64,000 nucleotides of DNA from Felis catus (lineage: Eukaryota). Shown in pieces: positions 1-12,700 of the stretch (its first letter is position 1; each line of letters begins with the position of its first letter). The notes beneath the pieces were generated by a model. That model was not told the origin of the DNA and did no database searches. It saw nothing but the letters and a program-made list of their open reading frames with translations. The DNA lies in assembly GCF_018350175.1 (NCBI RefSeq), contig NC_058368.1:76572001-76636000 (forward strand), read 5' to 3'. The position numbers were made by a program, and so were the translations under genes.

Positions 1-59
1 AATTTGGTTGAAGTGTACATTTCAAGGGAAAATGTGTCAAAAAACGAAGACATAGGAGT

Positions 60-1150
60 AGGAGGAAGCAGATTACAAAGGATCAGACATGCCATGCTAG
101 AGGCTTCGACTTTATCCCGAAGACTATGAATCACTTTAAAACAGGGAGTAACCTGATCAGCTCTTCGTCAAGTCAAATCCCTCTAGTAGCTCCGTGGAGA
201 GGGGACTGCAGAGGAGTAAGATCGGAGGCCACGAGACTAATGAGGATCTGATCCAGTAATCCCGGCATGCCTTAGTGAGCGTCCCCGTCTAGGGAGGGGC
301 AGAGGGAATGGAAAGAAGGCTGAAAAATCACTCCCAGGATTCCAGTCTATGCATTTGGACACCTTTTGTCAAGACAGAAAGGAAAAGAAAAGTAACAGTT
401 CTGGGGAGGTGATGAGTTCATTTTGGAGGACCAAGTCTGAGGTGAGTGGAGACGTCCATTCATCAGCCTGCCCCAACTGCTCAGAAGGGAGCTGTGGGCT
501 TGAAGCGAGGTGGTCCTGTGTATCAGCATATAGTTTACAGAAGAAGTCGTCGGAGAAAATCCGTTCATCTAGAAAGACTGGCAACAAAGAAAACAGAACT
601 AAGAGGGGAAACCTTAGTTTTTGTTTGTTTTGTTCGTAAATTCATAGCTGTATAGAACTCGGTGTGCCTTGCGTATTTTGATTGCTTAATCTTCACAACA
701 AATGTGTGAGCCAAATACATCCTTGTCCTTTTTCTGCCCGGCGAAGAAATGGAGGCCCAGGTAGGTGACGCATTCTGTGCGTGGTGACATATACGGTAAA
801 TGTGACAGTGAGGAACCAAACCCGTGTATCTGGTCGCAGTGTGCGTTCTAACCAGTGGATGTACTGCCCCTGATTGTGTTGAACACCACATATAAGGGGC
901 AAAAGGAAATCCAAGGGAGGTAAACCATAAGTCATGATCAGGGAAAAGAGAGGGAAAGTTGAGGGTGTGATGTCACAGAATCTGAAGAAGGGATGGGTTT
1001 AAAGGAGACAGTGACCAAGAAGACCGAGTGACAAAAAGGGACCTTGACTGTCAAGGGCTAAAAGGTGGCCCCTGAGCTGTGATAAGTGAGCTTTCCCGTA
1101 CTTTCTGTGCAGAGTTAAGGGCAAAGGCAGTAAGATAATAGAGCAGAGAA
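60..1150 (-). mobile_element. Ancient L2 LINE fragments (patchy)
   Basis: Purine-rich decayed sequence resembling antisense L2 from memory (ttcattttggag...gtctgaggtg; gtgtgatgtcacagaa). Confidence 0.45.
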
Positions 1151-1653
1151 AGAGAGGTGAGGAATTCAAAATGAAAAGCACAGAAAACTCTGTCCTTTCC
1201 TTCAAAGCCAAGCTTCTTTAGGGAGGTGACAATGGTGAAGCAGGACCTGAGGTCCATTCACGTTGGGACAGGAGCGAAGGACACAAGAAAGCTTGAGTAA
1301 GGCAGCTAGAGAGAAAGGAGAGCTCACGTGGGAGGAGTTTACCCCAAATCATTTTCATTTTACACCAGAAGTTGGAGATGAGGCTATTTGCCAAAAGGAA
1401 CGAGGTAAATGAAGAGCTAGAGAATTTGAAGAGAATACTAAAGGGTTGAACCAGCTTGTGGGGATTAAGAAAAAGAACTGGCTAGAGATGCTTCCCTTAA
1501 AGTGATAGCACCCTCTGATACCGGGAGGACGGCCATATGCCATGGTTAGCCAAGGATGGTCCCAATGGGTACCTATTATGTTCATATCATTGTTTCTCTT
1601 TCCAAAGGGTCCCTGTTTGGAAATTATGGAAACCCTATTATTAGGAGCTGTCT

Positions 1654-1867
1654 TTTTTTTTTTAATGTTTTTATTTATTTTTGAGACAGAGAGAGACAGA
1701 GCATGAACAGGGGAGGGTCAGAGAGAGAAGGAGACACAGAATCTGAAGCAGGCTCCAGGCTCTGAGTTGTCAGCACAGAGCCTGACTCGGGGCTCGAACT
1801 CACAGACTGTGAGATCATGACCTGAGCTGAAGTCGGCGCTTAACCGACTGGGCCACCCAGGAGCCCC
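1654..1867 (-). mobile_element. Can-SINE
   Basis: Poly-T, (GA)n, tRNA-derived head; TSD taggagctgtct. Confidence 0.95.
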
Positions 1868-1900
1868 TAGGAGCTGTCTGCCTTAAGAAAGAGACTTACA

Positions 1901-2108
1901 GGGACGCCTGGTTGGCTCAGTCGGTTGAGCATCTTACTCTTAATTTTGACCCTGGTCATGATCCCAGAGTCATAGGCTAGAGCTTTGTGTTAGGCTCTAC
2001 ATCGAGCAAGGAGCCTGCTTGGGATTCTCCCTCTCTCTCCCTCTGCCCTTCTCCTCTGCTTACATCCTCTCCTTCTCTCTACAAAATAAAAAAAGAAAAA
2101 ATAAAAAC
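1901..2108 (+). mobile_element. Can-SINE (older)
   Basis: Head, CT tract, A tail; TSD agaaagagacttaca. Confidence 0.9.
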
Positions 2109-2178
2109 AGAAAGAGACTTACAATAAATGGTCATTATACGCAGTGTGATCTCAGTGGGAATTCATGGGAGAAATCTT

Positions 2179-2397
2179 TCTTTTTTTTTTTTTTAAACGT
2201 TTATTTATTTTTGAGACAGAGAGAGACAGAGCATGAATGGGGGAGGGTCACAAAGAGAGGGAGACACAGAATCTGAAACAGGCTCCAGGCTCTGAGCTGT
2301 CAGCACAGAGCCCGATGTGGGGCTCGAACTCACGGACTGCAAGATCACGACCTGAGCCGAAGTCGGATGCTTAACCGACCAAGCCACCCAGGCGCCC
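2179..2397 (-). mobile_element. Can-SINE
   Basis: TSD gggagaaatctt. Confidence 0.95.
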
Positions 2398-3043
2398 GGG
2401 AGAAATCTTATAACTGGTAAGACGACTCTCTATGCCTTAACCTCTAAGCAATTTAGAACAAAACTTATGGCACACTCCAAGAAAATATATAGAAGTTTGG
2501 GATATCTTTTGTGTTCTGATCTTATAATTTTTATGTCTGTAGTACTTTACTTTTCAACCCGTAAATTTTCATTGTCTGTCATTTTAATTTTTTGCTTATT
2601 TTATAAAATATACAGATTTGTAAAACACTTTAAATCCTTTCTTGAGGTTCTTTTCAAGCTTTCATTCATTCATTCATACCTTCATTCTTTTTTTCATTTT
2701 TTTAGAAATTAGTGCATAGACCAGTATAAAATGTGGAGCCATGAAAAAAAAAATCAACGAAGATATTATTTTACGTTTTGGAAGAACTTTCTAATCTGTT
2801 AAAGAAAAATCAGCCAGGAAACAGAACCGTGAGCCTTATGGTTAGGTAAAGTGATGGGGACAGGAATTGCGACCAGATTCTGATGGCCATTTGCTGAACT
2901 GAAACGGGGAGTGCGACAGATACTACCTGTTTTCTATAAGCCTTCTCTTGGCCTTTTTTTGTAGAAATCCAATTTGTTGGGGACAGTGTGCCCTCTCCCA
3001 TCCCTAGTTCATAAAGGAAAGGTGATCTAAATCACCTAGTTCT

Positions 3044-3260
3044 GGGGCGCCTGGGTGGCGCAGTCGGTTAAGCGTCCTACTTCAGCCAGGTCACGATCTC
3101 ACGGTCCGTGAGTTCGAGCCCCGCGTCAGGCTCTGGGCTGATGGCTCAGAGCCTGGAGCCTGTTTCCGATTCTGTGTCTCCCTCTCTCTCTGCCCCTCGC
3201 CCGTTCATGCTCTGTCTCTCTCTGTCCCAAAAATAAATAAACGTTGAAAAACAAAAATTT
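3044..3260 (+). mobile_element. Can-SINE, young SINEC_Fc type
   Basis: ggggcgcctgggtggcgcagtcgg head; TSD aaat(c/a)acctagttct. Confidence 0.95.
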
Positions 3261-4038
3261 AAATAACCTAGTTCTGCTTCACCAAGCCAGTGATTGGTGT
3301 TGGACTAGACATAAGATCCCCTCGTGACCGATTAAGGAGATGTATGTCATTTGGGCACCTTTCTGGAAAGCTGTTTCTGTCTGATTAAAAAAAAAAAAAA
3401 AACAAAAAACTGCTGTCCCATCCTACAAACATCCCTCCCTCCTGACCACATTGTCTTCCTGCCTTAGATATGGTTTGGAAGTTCATGGTGTTTGTAGCAG
3501 CTATGAGGACACTGAAAACGAAGTGAAACCAGAGCCCTGAAACCATCCACCTTAAGGAGGTTGGCCTTCTGGTTACATGAAGAAAGGGCAGCCCTCTTTG
3601 TCTAAGTCAGGTATTGGCACTCATCCCCGAAAGCATCTTAACTTCTGCACAAGCATTTTCTATATAAAACCAAAAATCACCCCTCTGGGGTCAGCGCTGG
3701 GGTTTCTGGAGAACTTATTACCCAGCTGGTCACCTTGGGGAAAATGGTGAAGAGACAGGATGCCATCTCCTGAAGACCCCTCACTGCCCCCATGACTATC
3801 CCAGAGAGCCCACACTTTTTCAGGCAACTGAAATAATTATACATTCTTAAAAGCATTGTTTTAAATAAAATAAATGTATGTATTTGACTTGTAGCAAGAC
3901 AAAACCCTTGATGGTAGGTTTACCACTGCGTTCAATTTTCTTTTTGCCTTCCTCCATTTCTAATTTCTTGTATTCTCAGCATATGCCACTTTGGTAATCA
4001 TAAAACAAAGCAAATACTGTTTATAAAATAAAAGAATA

Positions 4039-4276
4039 GAGGCGACTGGGTGGCTCAGTCGGTTGGGTGCCCGACTGTTGGTTTAAGCTCAGATCATGAT
4101 CTTGTGTTTCATGAGTTTGATCCCCCACGTCAGGCTCTACTTGGGACTCTACTTGCAGAAACTACTTGGGACTCTCTCTCTCTCCCTCTCTCTCTGCCCC
4201 TCCCCCACACTCTCTCTGTGTCTCTCAAAATAAATAAGTAAACTTAAAAAAATAAAATAAAATAACTAAAATAAAA
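4039..4276 (+). mobile_element. Can-SINE (older)
   Basis: Head, CT tract, aataaa tail. Confidence 0.9.
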
Positions 4277-4685
4277 GCATAGTCCCCACGTTGTCATTTC
4301 AACACTGGGCATTGAACACCAATCGAAAATCAAAACCAGGATGGATCCAGCCAGCAAACCTGAATTTGAGAGGATGTGTCCCCAGCCTGTCGTTACCACG
4401 GAAGGCAAGTCCTGGCCACGCTGATGGACATACATGTGCCCAGCACATTCCACACAACACGGCTTTGAAACAAGCCTGCTCGCTTTTCTTCCTTTCTGTC
4501 CGGTTGTATAATTTCTAGGTCCGGGATTGTCTGTTCTACTCCTCCTTTCTTCACGTGCATCCTACTCGAAGTCAAGGCACAAAATTCTATGCAGTCTCTC
4601 ACTGGAACCCGTTGCCATATTGAAAGTATATAAATAGTTTGTTTTGTCACAGCTTTGTCAAGTGTCATATCTGTTAAACGCCTAT

Positions 4686-4905
4686 GGGGCTCCCGGGTGG
4701 TGGCTCAGTCGATTAAACATCCGACTTTGGCTCAGGTCATGATCTCACAGTCCGTGAGTTCGAGCCCCGCGTTGGGCTCTGTGCTGATGGCTCGGAGCCT
4801 GGAGCCTGCTTCAGATTCTGTGTCTCCCTCTCTCTCTCTCTGCCCCTCCCCTGCTCATGCTCCGTCTCTCTCTGTCTCAAAAATAAATAAAAACATTTTT
4901 AAAAA
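4686..4905 (+). mobile_element. Can-SINE
   Basis: Head, CT tract, tail. Confidence 0.93.
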
Positions 4906-4927
4906 TGCCTATCAAATTGCTTCTTAC

Positions 4928-5134
4928 GAAAAGTTGTAACTTGTAGAAAATGCAAGTTCTATTTCAGTTTGTTTCTTCCCATCCACTCTCATTGCATCTG
5001 CTGCAATATATTGCATAAAAGATGGTAGTCTGCTTCTAAACTCCTGGATTGATAATGAAATCGCAATGTGGCTTTCATGACCATTTGAAGCCTCATTAGG
5101 TAGCACTGTCTGAGGAATTCTGTTATGACTGTCA
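4928..5134 (-). pseudogene. Exon remnant, open
   Basis: ttttgcttctaaag|...|gtaaga; 207 nt open: DSHNRIPQTVLPNEASNGHESHIAISLSIQEFRSRLPSFMQYIAADAMRVDGKKQTEIELAFSTSYNF. Confidence 0.55.
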
Positions 5135-5452
5135 CTTTAGAAGCAAAATATATGGCTCAAACAAGACCTAAGGGTCCTTCCAAATGGATGGCCCTTTAAA
5201 CAGTATATTTTTTTAAGAAATAGCTTTCAGGAATTTGTCCACTATGTGTTTAGAAATGGTCTTTCCATAAGATCTCTAGACTGAAAATAGAATTCTCCAA
5301 AGAATACATAGGCAATCAATAAAATACCACATTATTAATTCACCTGATAGTACATTGATGCTTTTTTACATTATAATATTCAACTAGTGAAAGAGGACTT
5401 AGCAGAGGGGGGTAGCCTTTCATTTAAATTGGTGCTTGAGCTTTGCAATTAC

Positions 5453-5764
5453 TTCAAATGTCATGGCTGATATTTGAAGAGCTTTCCAGTGGAATTTTTC
5501 TCAAGTTGGGTATCTGAATGATATGATTAACCTTAGGCCCCATCTTGATGCCGCTAGACGGTATGATGAAAAAATTAATTTTATCTTACAATGTGTGCCA
5601 GGCTGTCAGCTGCTAAGAAAACTGGAATCAGAGCATTGTTCTGGGACAAAGATCATGATATTAATGATTGATTTTTAGATCATGAACAGTTCTTTGTTAT
5701 TAAATTCGTTCATTTTTGCAAAACTCTTCGACGATACTTTTTAAAAGCATTAAAAATATGCAAT
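5453..5764 (-). pseudogene. Two exon remnants (5590-5764, 5453-5513)
   Basis: tcaaaacag|...SLSQNNALIPVFLAADSLAHI|gtaaga, 76-nt intron, cattcag|IPNLRKIPLESSSNISHDI*|gtaatt. Confidence 0.4.
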
Positions 5765-6034
5765 CTGTTTTGAAATATTTAGTAAGGAAAACAGGAAAAC
5801 TTTTTTTTCAAAGTCCACGGTTAGGTATTATATTCTTTAATAAAAGATAATATAAAATGGTATATATAAGGCATTTGTCAATAAGCCAGTTTATTTAGTT
5901 ATTTTGGCTAAAAGGAGTCTTTGGAAAACATTTAAGTTTTTAAAAAGTTTCCTTTTAACAATCTCACAATATTTGTTGATGATCTCCTCTGTTTACATTC
6001 ATTATGACCTTGCGGGGCCTGAAAAGACAGTTTT

Positions 6035-6246
6035 GGGGGGTTTTGTTTACATTTTTTTAAGAGAGAGATAGCACAGGTGCAAGCAGGAAAGGGGCAGAGA
6101 GAGAGAGAGGGAGAGAGAGAATCTCAGGCAGGCTCTATGCTCCACACAGAGCCCAACCTTGGGTTTCATTCCCCAACTCTAGGATCATGACCTAAGCTCA
6201 AACCAAAAGTGGGACACTCAACTGATTGAGCCTACCCAGGCGCCCC
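6035..6246 (-). mobile_element. Can-SINE (older)
   Basis: TSD ctgaaaagacagtttt. Confidence 0.9.
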
Positions 6247-6323
6247 TGAAAAGACAGTTTTAAAAATAGCTTTCTCAATTTTTGGTGGCACCGACAGGCA
6301 CAGGCCAAAGCACATCCCCATAT

Positions 6324-6788
6324 ACAGATGGTCCCCAATTTACAATGGTTCGACTTAGGATTTTTCGACTTCCAGGCAAGACGTATTCTGTAGAAGCCAT
6401 ACTTGGAAGGGTTGAATTTGGATGTTCTTCTGGGCTAGCGCGTGTTAGGCTCTGTACTGACAGCTCAGAGCCTGGGCCCTGCTTCAGATTCTGTGTCTCC
6501 CTCTCTCTCTCTGCCCCTCTCCCACTCACACTCTGTCTCTCTCTCAAAAATAAACATTAAAAATTTTAAAAAAAGAGAAATTACATGAGAAATGCAATAC
6601 TTTGTTGTGATATAGGCTTTGCATTATCCTTCTGCCCAACTGTAGGCTAATGGAAGTGTTCTGAGCACACACTCAGGCTAAGCTAAGCTATGATGTTTAG
6701 TGGGTTCAAGATATTCAATATTTCCAATATTTTCAAATTCTGATGGTTTTATCAGTATGCAACCCCATCATAAGTCAAAGAACTTCTG
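6324..6788. mobile_element. Tigger4/MER46 (Zombi)-like TcMar DNA transposon fossil containing a 5'-truncated Can-SINE (about 6439-6575)
   Basis: Degenerate terminal inverted repeats cagatggtccccaatttacaatgg ... ccatcataagtcaaagaacttctg, 5' TA; internal gcccaactgtaggctaatg...ctaagctatgatgtt recalled as Tigger4-like. Confidence 0.75.
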
Positions 6789-6819
6789 TCATGTTAACAG
6801 CTGATTAAAAAAAAAATAC

Positions 6820-6884
6820 CTGAATGGTTCACTGAGTGTCAGAGTTTTTGTACATCTTATTTGAAAAGTTTTCTTTCAATTAGC
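6820..6884 (-). pseudogene. Exon remnant
   Basis: gtgtgttttag|...CAG|gtattt; LIERKLFK*DVQKL*HSVNHS; start phase 2 matches 7016. Confidence 0.45.
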
Positions 6885-7015
6885 CTAAAACACACACACA
6901 AAGTTCATGTTTGGTTTACTAGGTAACTCTGTCCAAGGAACCCAAATAAGGAACAAATGTTGGAAATTTGGAAATAAAACAAGAATGTTGAGAAAAGAGT
7001 AGTGTGAAAATTCAC

Positions 7016-7830
7016 CGACTTTCTAGGCAAACAGTATTTCTCCAAATACCACAGCTACTGACAAATTACGGATCCAAATGAGGGTATTCAGCTCTCCCAC
7101 ATTCACACAATGTTACTTCATCTTCAGAGGACAGAAGCCATCTTGTAAAACATGACGATTAAAGTACTATAACAGAACTCATAGTATTTAATACCTATGT
7201 CTTCAGAAGGGCATGTTTTAGTAATTTTGATCATAATGCAATCTGCTCAAAGCTGTTAAAGTATGGATAATTTCACTCAATTTTCCAGTAGGTTTCTGCC
7301 TTGAATAAGTAAATAGTGGGTAATGGTTTGTGTCAAAGTCCTTGCAACACTCCATTAAACATAGAGCATGACAATCTGATCAGATGTCTCTTTTATAGTC
7401 AGAAACTGACTTGTGACTTGTGAGTTACTCAACTACATCAGGTCACATCAAAAGTCTCATCTTTTCATCTTGCCCAAATCCCTGATGGTTTTACATCTGA
7501 CACATTTTGAATCTCAGCACTGTGACCTTACTCTTCAACGTGCATTTGATATAGTCTAAGTACTGCTCTTGAAATAATACTAAGTTATTATTCAAGGAAC
7601 TGAATGGATAAGCAAATAATACCACTATTAGCAGAATCTCAAAATCGTACACTATTTTTTATCAATGTCTAGCCCAAATAAATCACAATTTTGCTTAGAT
7701 TCATGATCAGATAATCAAAACCTTAACCAGTTGTTCAACCTTGGGAAATAAATTCAGTGTGTGAGTATTTGACGACATCAACTCATATAAAATATAACCG
7801 ATACCAAGGGAGTTTAAAAGAGTAAAACCA
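7016..7830 (-). pseudogene. Heavily decayed coding region (one large exon or several small ones)
   Basis: Best part 7141-7016: WLLSSEDEVTLCECGRAEYPHLDP*FVSSCGIWRNTVCLES|gtgaat. Upstream frames are ambiguous, with stop density near background. Confidence 0.35.
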
Positions 7831-8079
7831 ACTTAAAAAGTGCATCACATAATCAGATATACACTTTATGTAAATCCAGACAGACTAAAATTTCGGAAAT
7901 TCATTGCAGATGTTAATATTTAATTAAAGTTCTCAGTCTCCAGTTACAATTCATTTTATGAGGCACTGATTGTAACTTGGATTTTATTAATTATTAAAAT
8001 TATATGTACAGATATTCGGTAGCTCCTGAGTCCATGGTGATGATTCTAAAACCGTTTATTAAGTTTCCTCAGATTCCAC

Positions 8080-8250
8080 AGGCACCTGGGTGGCTCAGTC
8101 AGTTAAGCACCTGACTTCAGCTCAGATCATGATCTCGTGGTTGGTTTGTGAGTTCGAGCCCTGCGTCAGACTCTGCTGACAGCTCAGAGACGAGAGAGTC
8201 TGCTTCGGATTCTGTGTCTCCCTTTCTCTCTGCCCCTCCCCTGCTTGCGC

Positions 8251-8293
<43 letters not shown>

Positions 8294-8315
8294 AATAAAT
8301 ACACATTTAAAAAAT
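8080..8315 (+). mobile_element. Can-SINE
   Basis: Degenerate TSD core tcctcagattc on both sides. Confidence 0.92.
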
Positions 8316-9229
8316 ACATGAGTGTCCTCAGATTCAAAGAAGCTTATTTCACATTTGCTCTTGAACACATATTTGTTTAGAGATTGCTGTGTACAAGATC
8401 TGTAATATCTAGACACTCATTGTTCACTTGGTTCAGAGGCCTGGGCATCAGAGAATGTGTCAGTATGGTGCCCTTTCACAGAGATGAATCTGAGGTGCAG
8501 AAACACAGAGTGCTGTGGGGCTGTTCAAGAAACAAAGCTCTCAATGATCTTAACATTCTCACAGTCCCCACCAATCACCAAAGAACCAGAGACGGCTAAA
8601 ACTGGAAAGGATCTTAGTGATCCTCTCCTTCTAAGGGATCCTCAGAAACCTGTGACTCTTGGCTTCTAGTCTTTCCTGGAATTCTTCCACAGAGGCAATT
8701 TATTACTTTGGCTAACTTCACATAAATTGTCAACCTTGTGTTTCATCCCTGTGTCTCAATATCGGTTGCCTGGCTTTTTTATGTTAATTTGTCAACCTAT
8801 TTTGCAAGACAAGCCTTCAACTATTTCCATCCACTACTCTGTAACCCCTGATCCTTCTCCCTTCTAATTAAATTTCTCCAGTCCTTCCTGTCATTTCGTA
8901 TATGACATCAATTCCCACACCTCCCGCTTGCTATCCTGGTTCGTCTCCTCTGATTTTTCTCCCTCAAAGTTTAATTGTTTGTGTTTAACTTTTGCTTATG
9001 GAGGTTTAACCTACATACAAGGAAGCACAAACATCTCAAATGTAGAACTCAGTGAATATGTATACATCGTTAAGGTTTTGTTTTTGAAGCCCACAAAAAT
9101 AGAATCGTATCAAACATCTTTAGTATTCTACAGGTAGAAACTACTGTAATCTAGTTACCATTTCCATACTGATGGAAAGACCGATCCTGTCTTTTGTCTT
9201 TCCTTCCTGTTCTTCCTTATTTCCTCCCT

Positions 9230-9232
9230 GCC

Positions 9233-9281
<49 letters not shown>

Positions 9282-9540
9282 TTTCTCTTTCTTTCTTTCT
9301 TTCTCTTTCTTTCTTTTTCTTTCTTTCTAAATTTTTTTTTGATGTTTATTTATTTTTGAGAGAGACAGAGACAGAATGCGAGTGGGTTGGGGCAGAAAGA
9401 GAGGGAGGCACAGAATCCGAAGCAGGCTCCAGGCTCTGAGCTGTCAGCACAGAGCCCGACACGGGGCTCAAACCCACGAACCACGAGATCATGATCTGAG
9501 CCGAAGTCAGACGCTCAACCGACTGAGCCACCCAGGTGCC

Positions 9541-9592
<52 letters not shown>

Positions 9593-9634
9593 TCCTTCTT
9601 TCTTTCCTTCTTTCTTTCTTTCTCTCTCTCTTTC

Positions 9635-9678
<44 letters not shown>

Positions 9679-9775
9679 TCCTTCCTTCCTTCCTTTCTTG
9701 CTTTCTTTCCTTTCTTCCTTCCTTTCTTTCTTTCTTTCTTCCCTTTCTTGCTTTCTTTCTTCTCTTTTTTTCTTT

Positions 9776-9815
<40 letters not shown>

Positions 9816-9939
9816 TCCTTCCTTCCTTTCTTGCTTTCTTTCCTTTCTTCCTTCCTTTCTTTCTTTCTTTCTTCCCTTTCTTTCTTTCTTCTCTTTTTTT
9901 CTTTTCTTTCTTTCTTTCTTCCTTTTCTTCCTTTTCTTT

Positions 9940-9983
<44 letters not shown>

Positions 9984-10072
9984 TCCTTTCTTCCCTTTCT
10001 TTCTTTCTTCCTTCCTTTCTTTCTCTCTTTCTTTCTGTCTTTCTGCCTTTTTTTCTTTTCTTTTTTTTTTTT
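9230..10072. repeat. About 840-bp (CTTT)n/(CCTT)n polypyrimidine array split by a SINE
   Basis: Directly visible. Confidence 0.97.
9331..9541 (-). mobile_element. Can-SINE inside the (CTTT)n array
   Basis: Complete antisense element. Confidence 0.95.
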
Positions 10073-10631
10073 ATGTATCCAAAGCAGTAATTGCTTTAAC
10101 TTTCACAATTCTTGATTCTCATTGTGGTGGCATGAATAGAAGCTTCTGTAAAGCCTACCAGTAATTCATTTAGAATATCCTTAAAATATTAAAGTTTTGT
10201 CCTTTGAAAAACAAAACAAAGGTGTTCGTATTTATTTCGAAGACTGCTGTTTACTTGAATGCAATTAAACAGTGAAATTTCCTGAATTTAATTCTAAATG
10301 GCTTCAGTGAAGGCTTTTTAATTATTCAGGATCGCTAGTTCTCAACTTCCAGAATGGCTCTGTTTAAATTAGATGGCCTTAGACGGGATTTGATCCTTCT
10401 GTTTTCTTGTTGATGTTTTTGTTGCTATGATACAGTTGAAAGTTAATCCTGCCATAACCATTGACTCATATGCTTCATGTCAATGTGGCCCTGTTAAGAC
10501 TGCATCACTCTGGATTATCAGAAATCCATCTTCAATGTAGTTCCCAGCTGGTGAAGATAATGTGCCATATACATGTTGTACTTCCTCATGTAGAGGTAGG
10601 AATATTTTCTTCCTTTCTTTCTGGGATTTTT
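10073..10631 (-). pseudogene. Long exon remnant running into the (GAAA)n array
   Basis: actttttag|; one frame KSQKERKKIFLPLHEEVQHVYGTLSSPAGNYIEDGFLIIQSDAVLTGPH*HEAYESM...IQVNSSLRNKYEHLCFVFQRTKL*YFKDILNELLVGFTEASIHATTMRIK with scattered stops; alternative in-phase donor at 10254. Confidence 0.55.
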
Positions 10632-11173
10632 CTAAAAAGTTCATCTTTCACATTATTTTTCTTCATTTAATGGTAATACATGCTTATTGTAAACATTTCA
10701 ACATACCGGAAATGAATGTATGGTTTAGAGGAAGGAGGTCGCATAAATTCCCTCTCCTGAAGGACTGAAAATCTCAGGGTAAAGGATACATATTAGTTAC
10801 TCTCTGTATATTATTGAATCTTCTGAATGTTTCTAACTGGTCATTATCATTCAAAACTTCTTGGGACACTTCATAAAGTCATAGAAGCCTGAATGTCTTC
10901 ATTTCAAAGGGTGGAATTCAGAAAACCCACGAACTTGGATAGAGAACAAACTAAAACTGTACCTTCCTTTTCACTTCCTCCAATGGTGAATGCTAGTAAC
11001 AGACCACAGTAACACCAGCGGCCTCTGATACTTTGTCCTTAATTGATATTATTTCACATGGGATATTATTCATTGTGCTCATCAGATAGACCCGCTCCTA
11101 GATCCTGTTACTCTGCGTATTTGTAATGAAATACACAGACTAAATGTGTGCTTTTTTCATTATTTTCATAATT

Positions 11174-11199
11174 ATTTTTTAAATTTTTAAACGTTTATT

Positions 11200-11237
<38 letters not shown>

Positions 11238-11409
11238 AGTGTGAGCAGGGGAGGAGCAGAGAGAGAGGGAGACAGAAAATCCAAAGCAGGCTCCAGGCTC
11301 TGAGCGGTCAGCACCAAGCCCAACGATGCAGGGCTTGAACTCATGAACCAGGAGATCATGATCTGAGCTGAAGTCAGATGATTAACCGACTAAGCCACCC
11401 AAGCGTCCC
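11174..11409 (-). mobile_element. Can-SINE
   Basis: (GA)n plus head. Confidence 0.93.
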
Positions 11410-11461
11410 TTGCATAACTATGTTTAAAATAAGAATTGTTGTCTTTAAAATTCTATGTATT

Positions 11462-11675
11462 GGGGGCTGCCTGAGTGGCTCAGCCGGCTAAGCATCCGAC
11501 TTCGGCTCAGGTCACGATCTCGTGGTTCGTGAGTTTGAGCCCCGCGTCGGGCTCTGTGCTGACAGCCAGAGCCTGGAGCCTCTTTCAGATTCTGTGTCTC
11601 CCTCTCTTTCTCTGCCCCTTCCCCACTCACGCTCTGTCTTCTCTCGAAAATAAACATTGATAAAAACTTTTTCAA
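11462..11675 (+). mobile_element. Can-SINE
   Basis: TSD aaaattctat(g/a)tatt. Confidence 0.93.
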
Positions 11676-12144
11676 TAAAATTCTATATATTTTATTTAAC
11701 ACATTTGTGACTATTGTTTTGAGAAGGAGTTGCCAAAGGGAATCCACAGCACAAAAGTAGGTTGAGAACTCCTGACCTACTGGCATTAGCTGTTTAATGT
11801 CTCAGAAGAAAGCCCAAATGCCTTCTCAAACACATTTCATCAGTGACACATGTACCCTGAAGCCGAACATTGAAATCCGCCTTTTTGTAAATTCACCAGG
11901 GCTACCTTGATTCTCCACTTCCTACAGAATCATCTGTATATTATCTCACCTATAGCCAATACTATCTACCCCACTTTCCCTCCTTGTTCCCCAAAGCCAC
12001 ACGTACCTTTGAAGCTCTTTGGTCACGGCTCACCCTTTACCTGGGCTCCCCCTTCCTGGCAAAAATTCACTTGCAGGGATCAGAGGCCAGGTTTTCTTAT
12101 CCTGAAATTATGCAATTGTCTTTTGCAACCTTATTAAATTTTAC

Positions 12145-12275
12145 CCAATAATCCCACACCAGCAGTATCGTTTTGAATTTTCTGCCTGTCCCATAACAGA
12201 AAAACTTCCCTCCTGATTAAACAACACATGTCTGTGTCGTGCGGAAGAAGCCCTCCTGGCTGAGATGGTTGGCAC
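12145..12275 (-). pseudogene. Exon remnant, open
   Basis: ttttcaccaagtacag|...|gtaaaa; CQPSQPGGLLPHDTDMCCLIRREVFLLWDRQKIQNDTAGVGLL; phase 2 to 1. Confidence 0.55.
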
Positions 12276-12485
12276 CTGTACTTGGTGAAAACATTGATTA
12301 AAGAAGAGTAAGATGAAAACAACGCAGCCTATTCTAAACATTTTAACTAAACATGTGCAACTGACTAATCCTTGCCAGTGAATGGATGTAAGGCCAAGAC
12401 CCAGTCTCTGAATATGAGTGGTCTGGCTGGAGTTCAATGTCATTCCCTTTAACACATTGCTGGTGATTTCCAGGTTTTTATTTCT

Positions 12486-12700
12486 TTTTTTTTTTTTTTT
12501 AATGTTTTTATTTATTTGTTTTGAGAGAGAGCACGTGAGCAAGGGAGGGACAGAGAGAGAGGGAGAGAGAAAATCCTAGGTAGGCTCAGCGCTGCCAGCC
12601 CAGAGCCCAACGCACGGCTCCATGACACGAATGGTGAGATCAAGACCCCGGCCAAGATCAAGAGGCGGAAGTCTAACCAACTGAGCCACCCGGGGGCGGG
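12486..12700 (-). mobile_element. Can-SINE with adjacent poly-G run
   Basis: TSD ccagg(t/c)ttttatttct. Confidence 0.9.

Larger units (their letters stand above)
10900..11773 (-). mobile_element. hAT-Charlie (Charlie4a/MER80-like) DNA transposon fossil interrupted by two SINEs
   Basis: Reverse strand begins caggagttctcaacc...tttgtgctgtggattccctttggca, recalled as Charlie4-like; left boundary approximate. Confidence 0.55.

Noticed and set aside
5590..5764. In-frame TGAs as selenocysteine or readthrough
   Set aside because: TAA/TAG stops and frameshifts are common in the other exons; decay explains them.
9376..10164. 262-aa and 184-aa Phe/Leu/Ser-rich plus-strand ORFs
   Set aside because: Translations of the (CTTT)n array plus a SINE.
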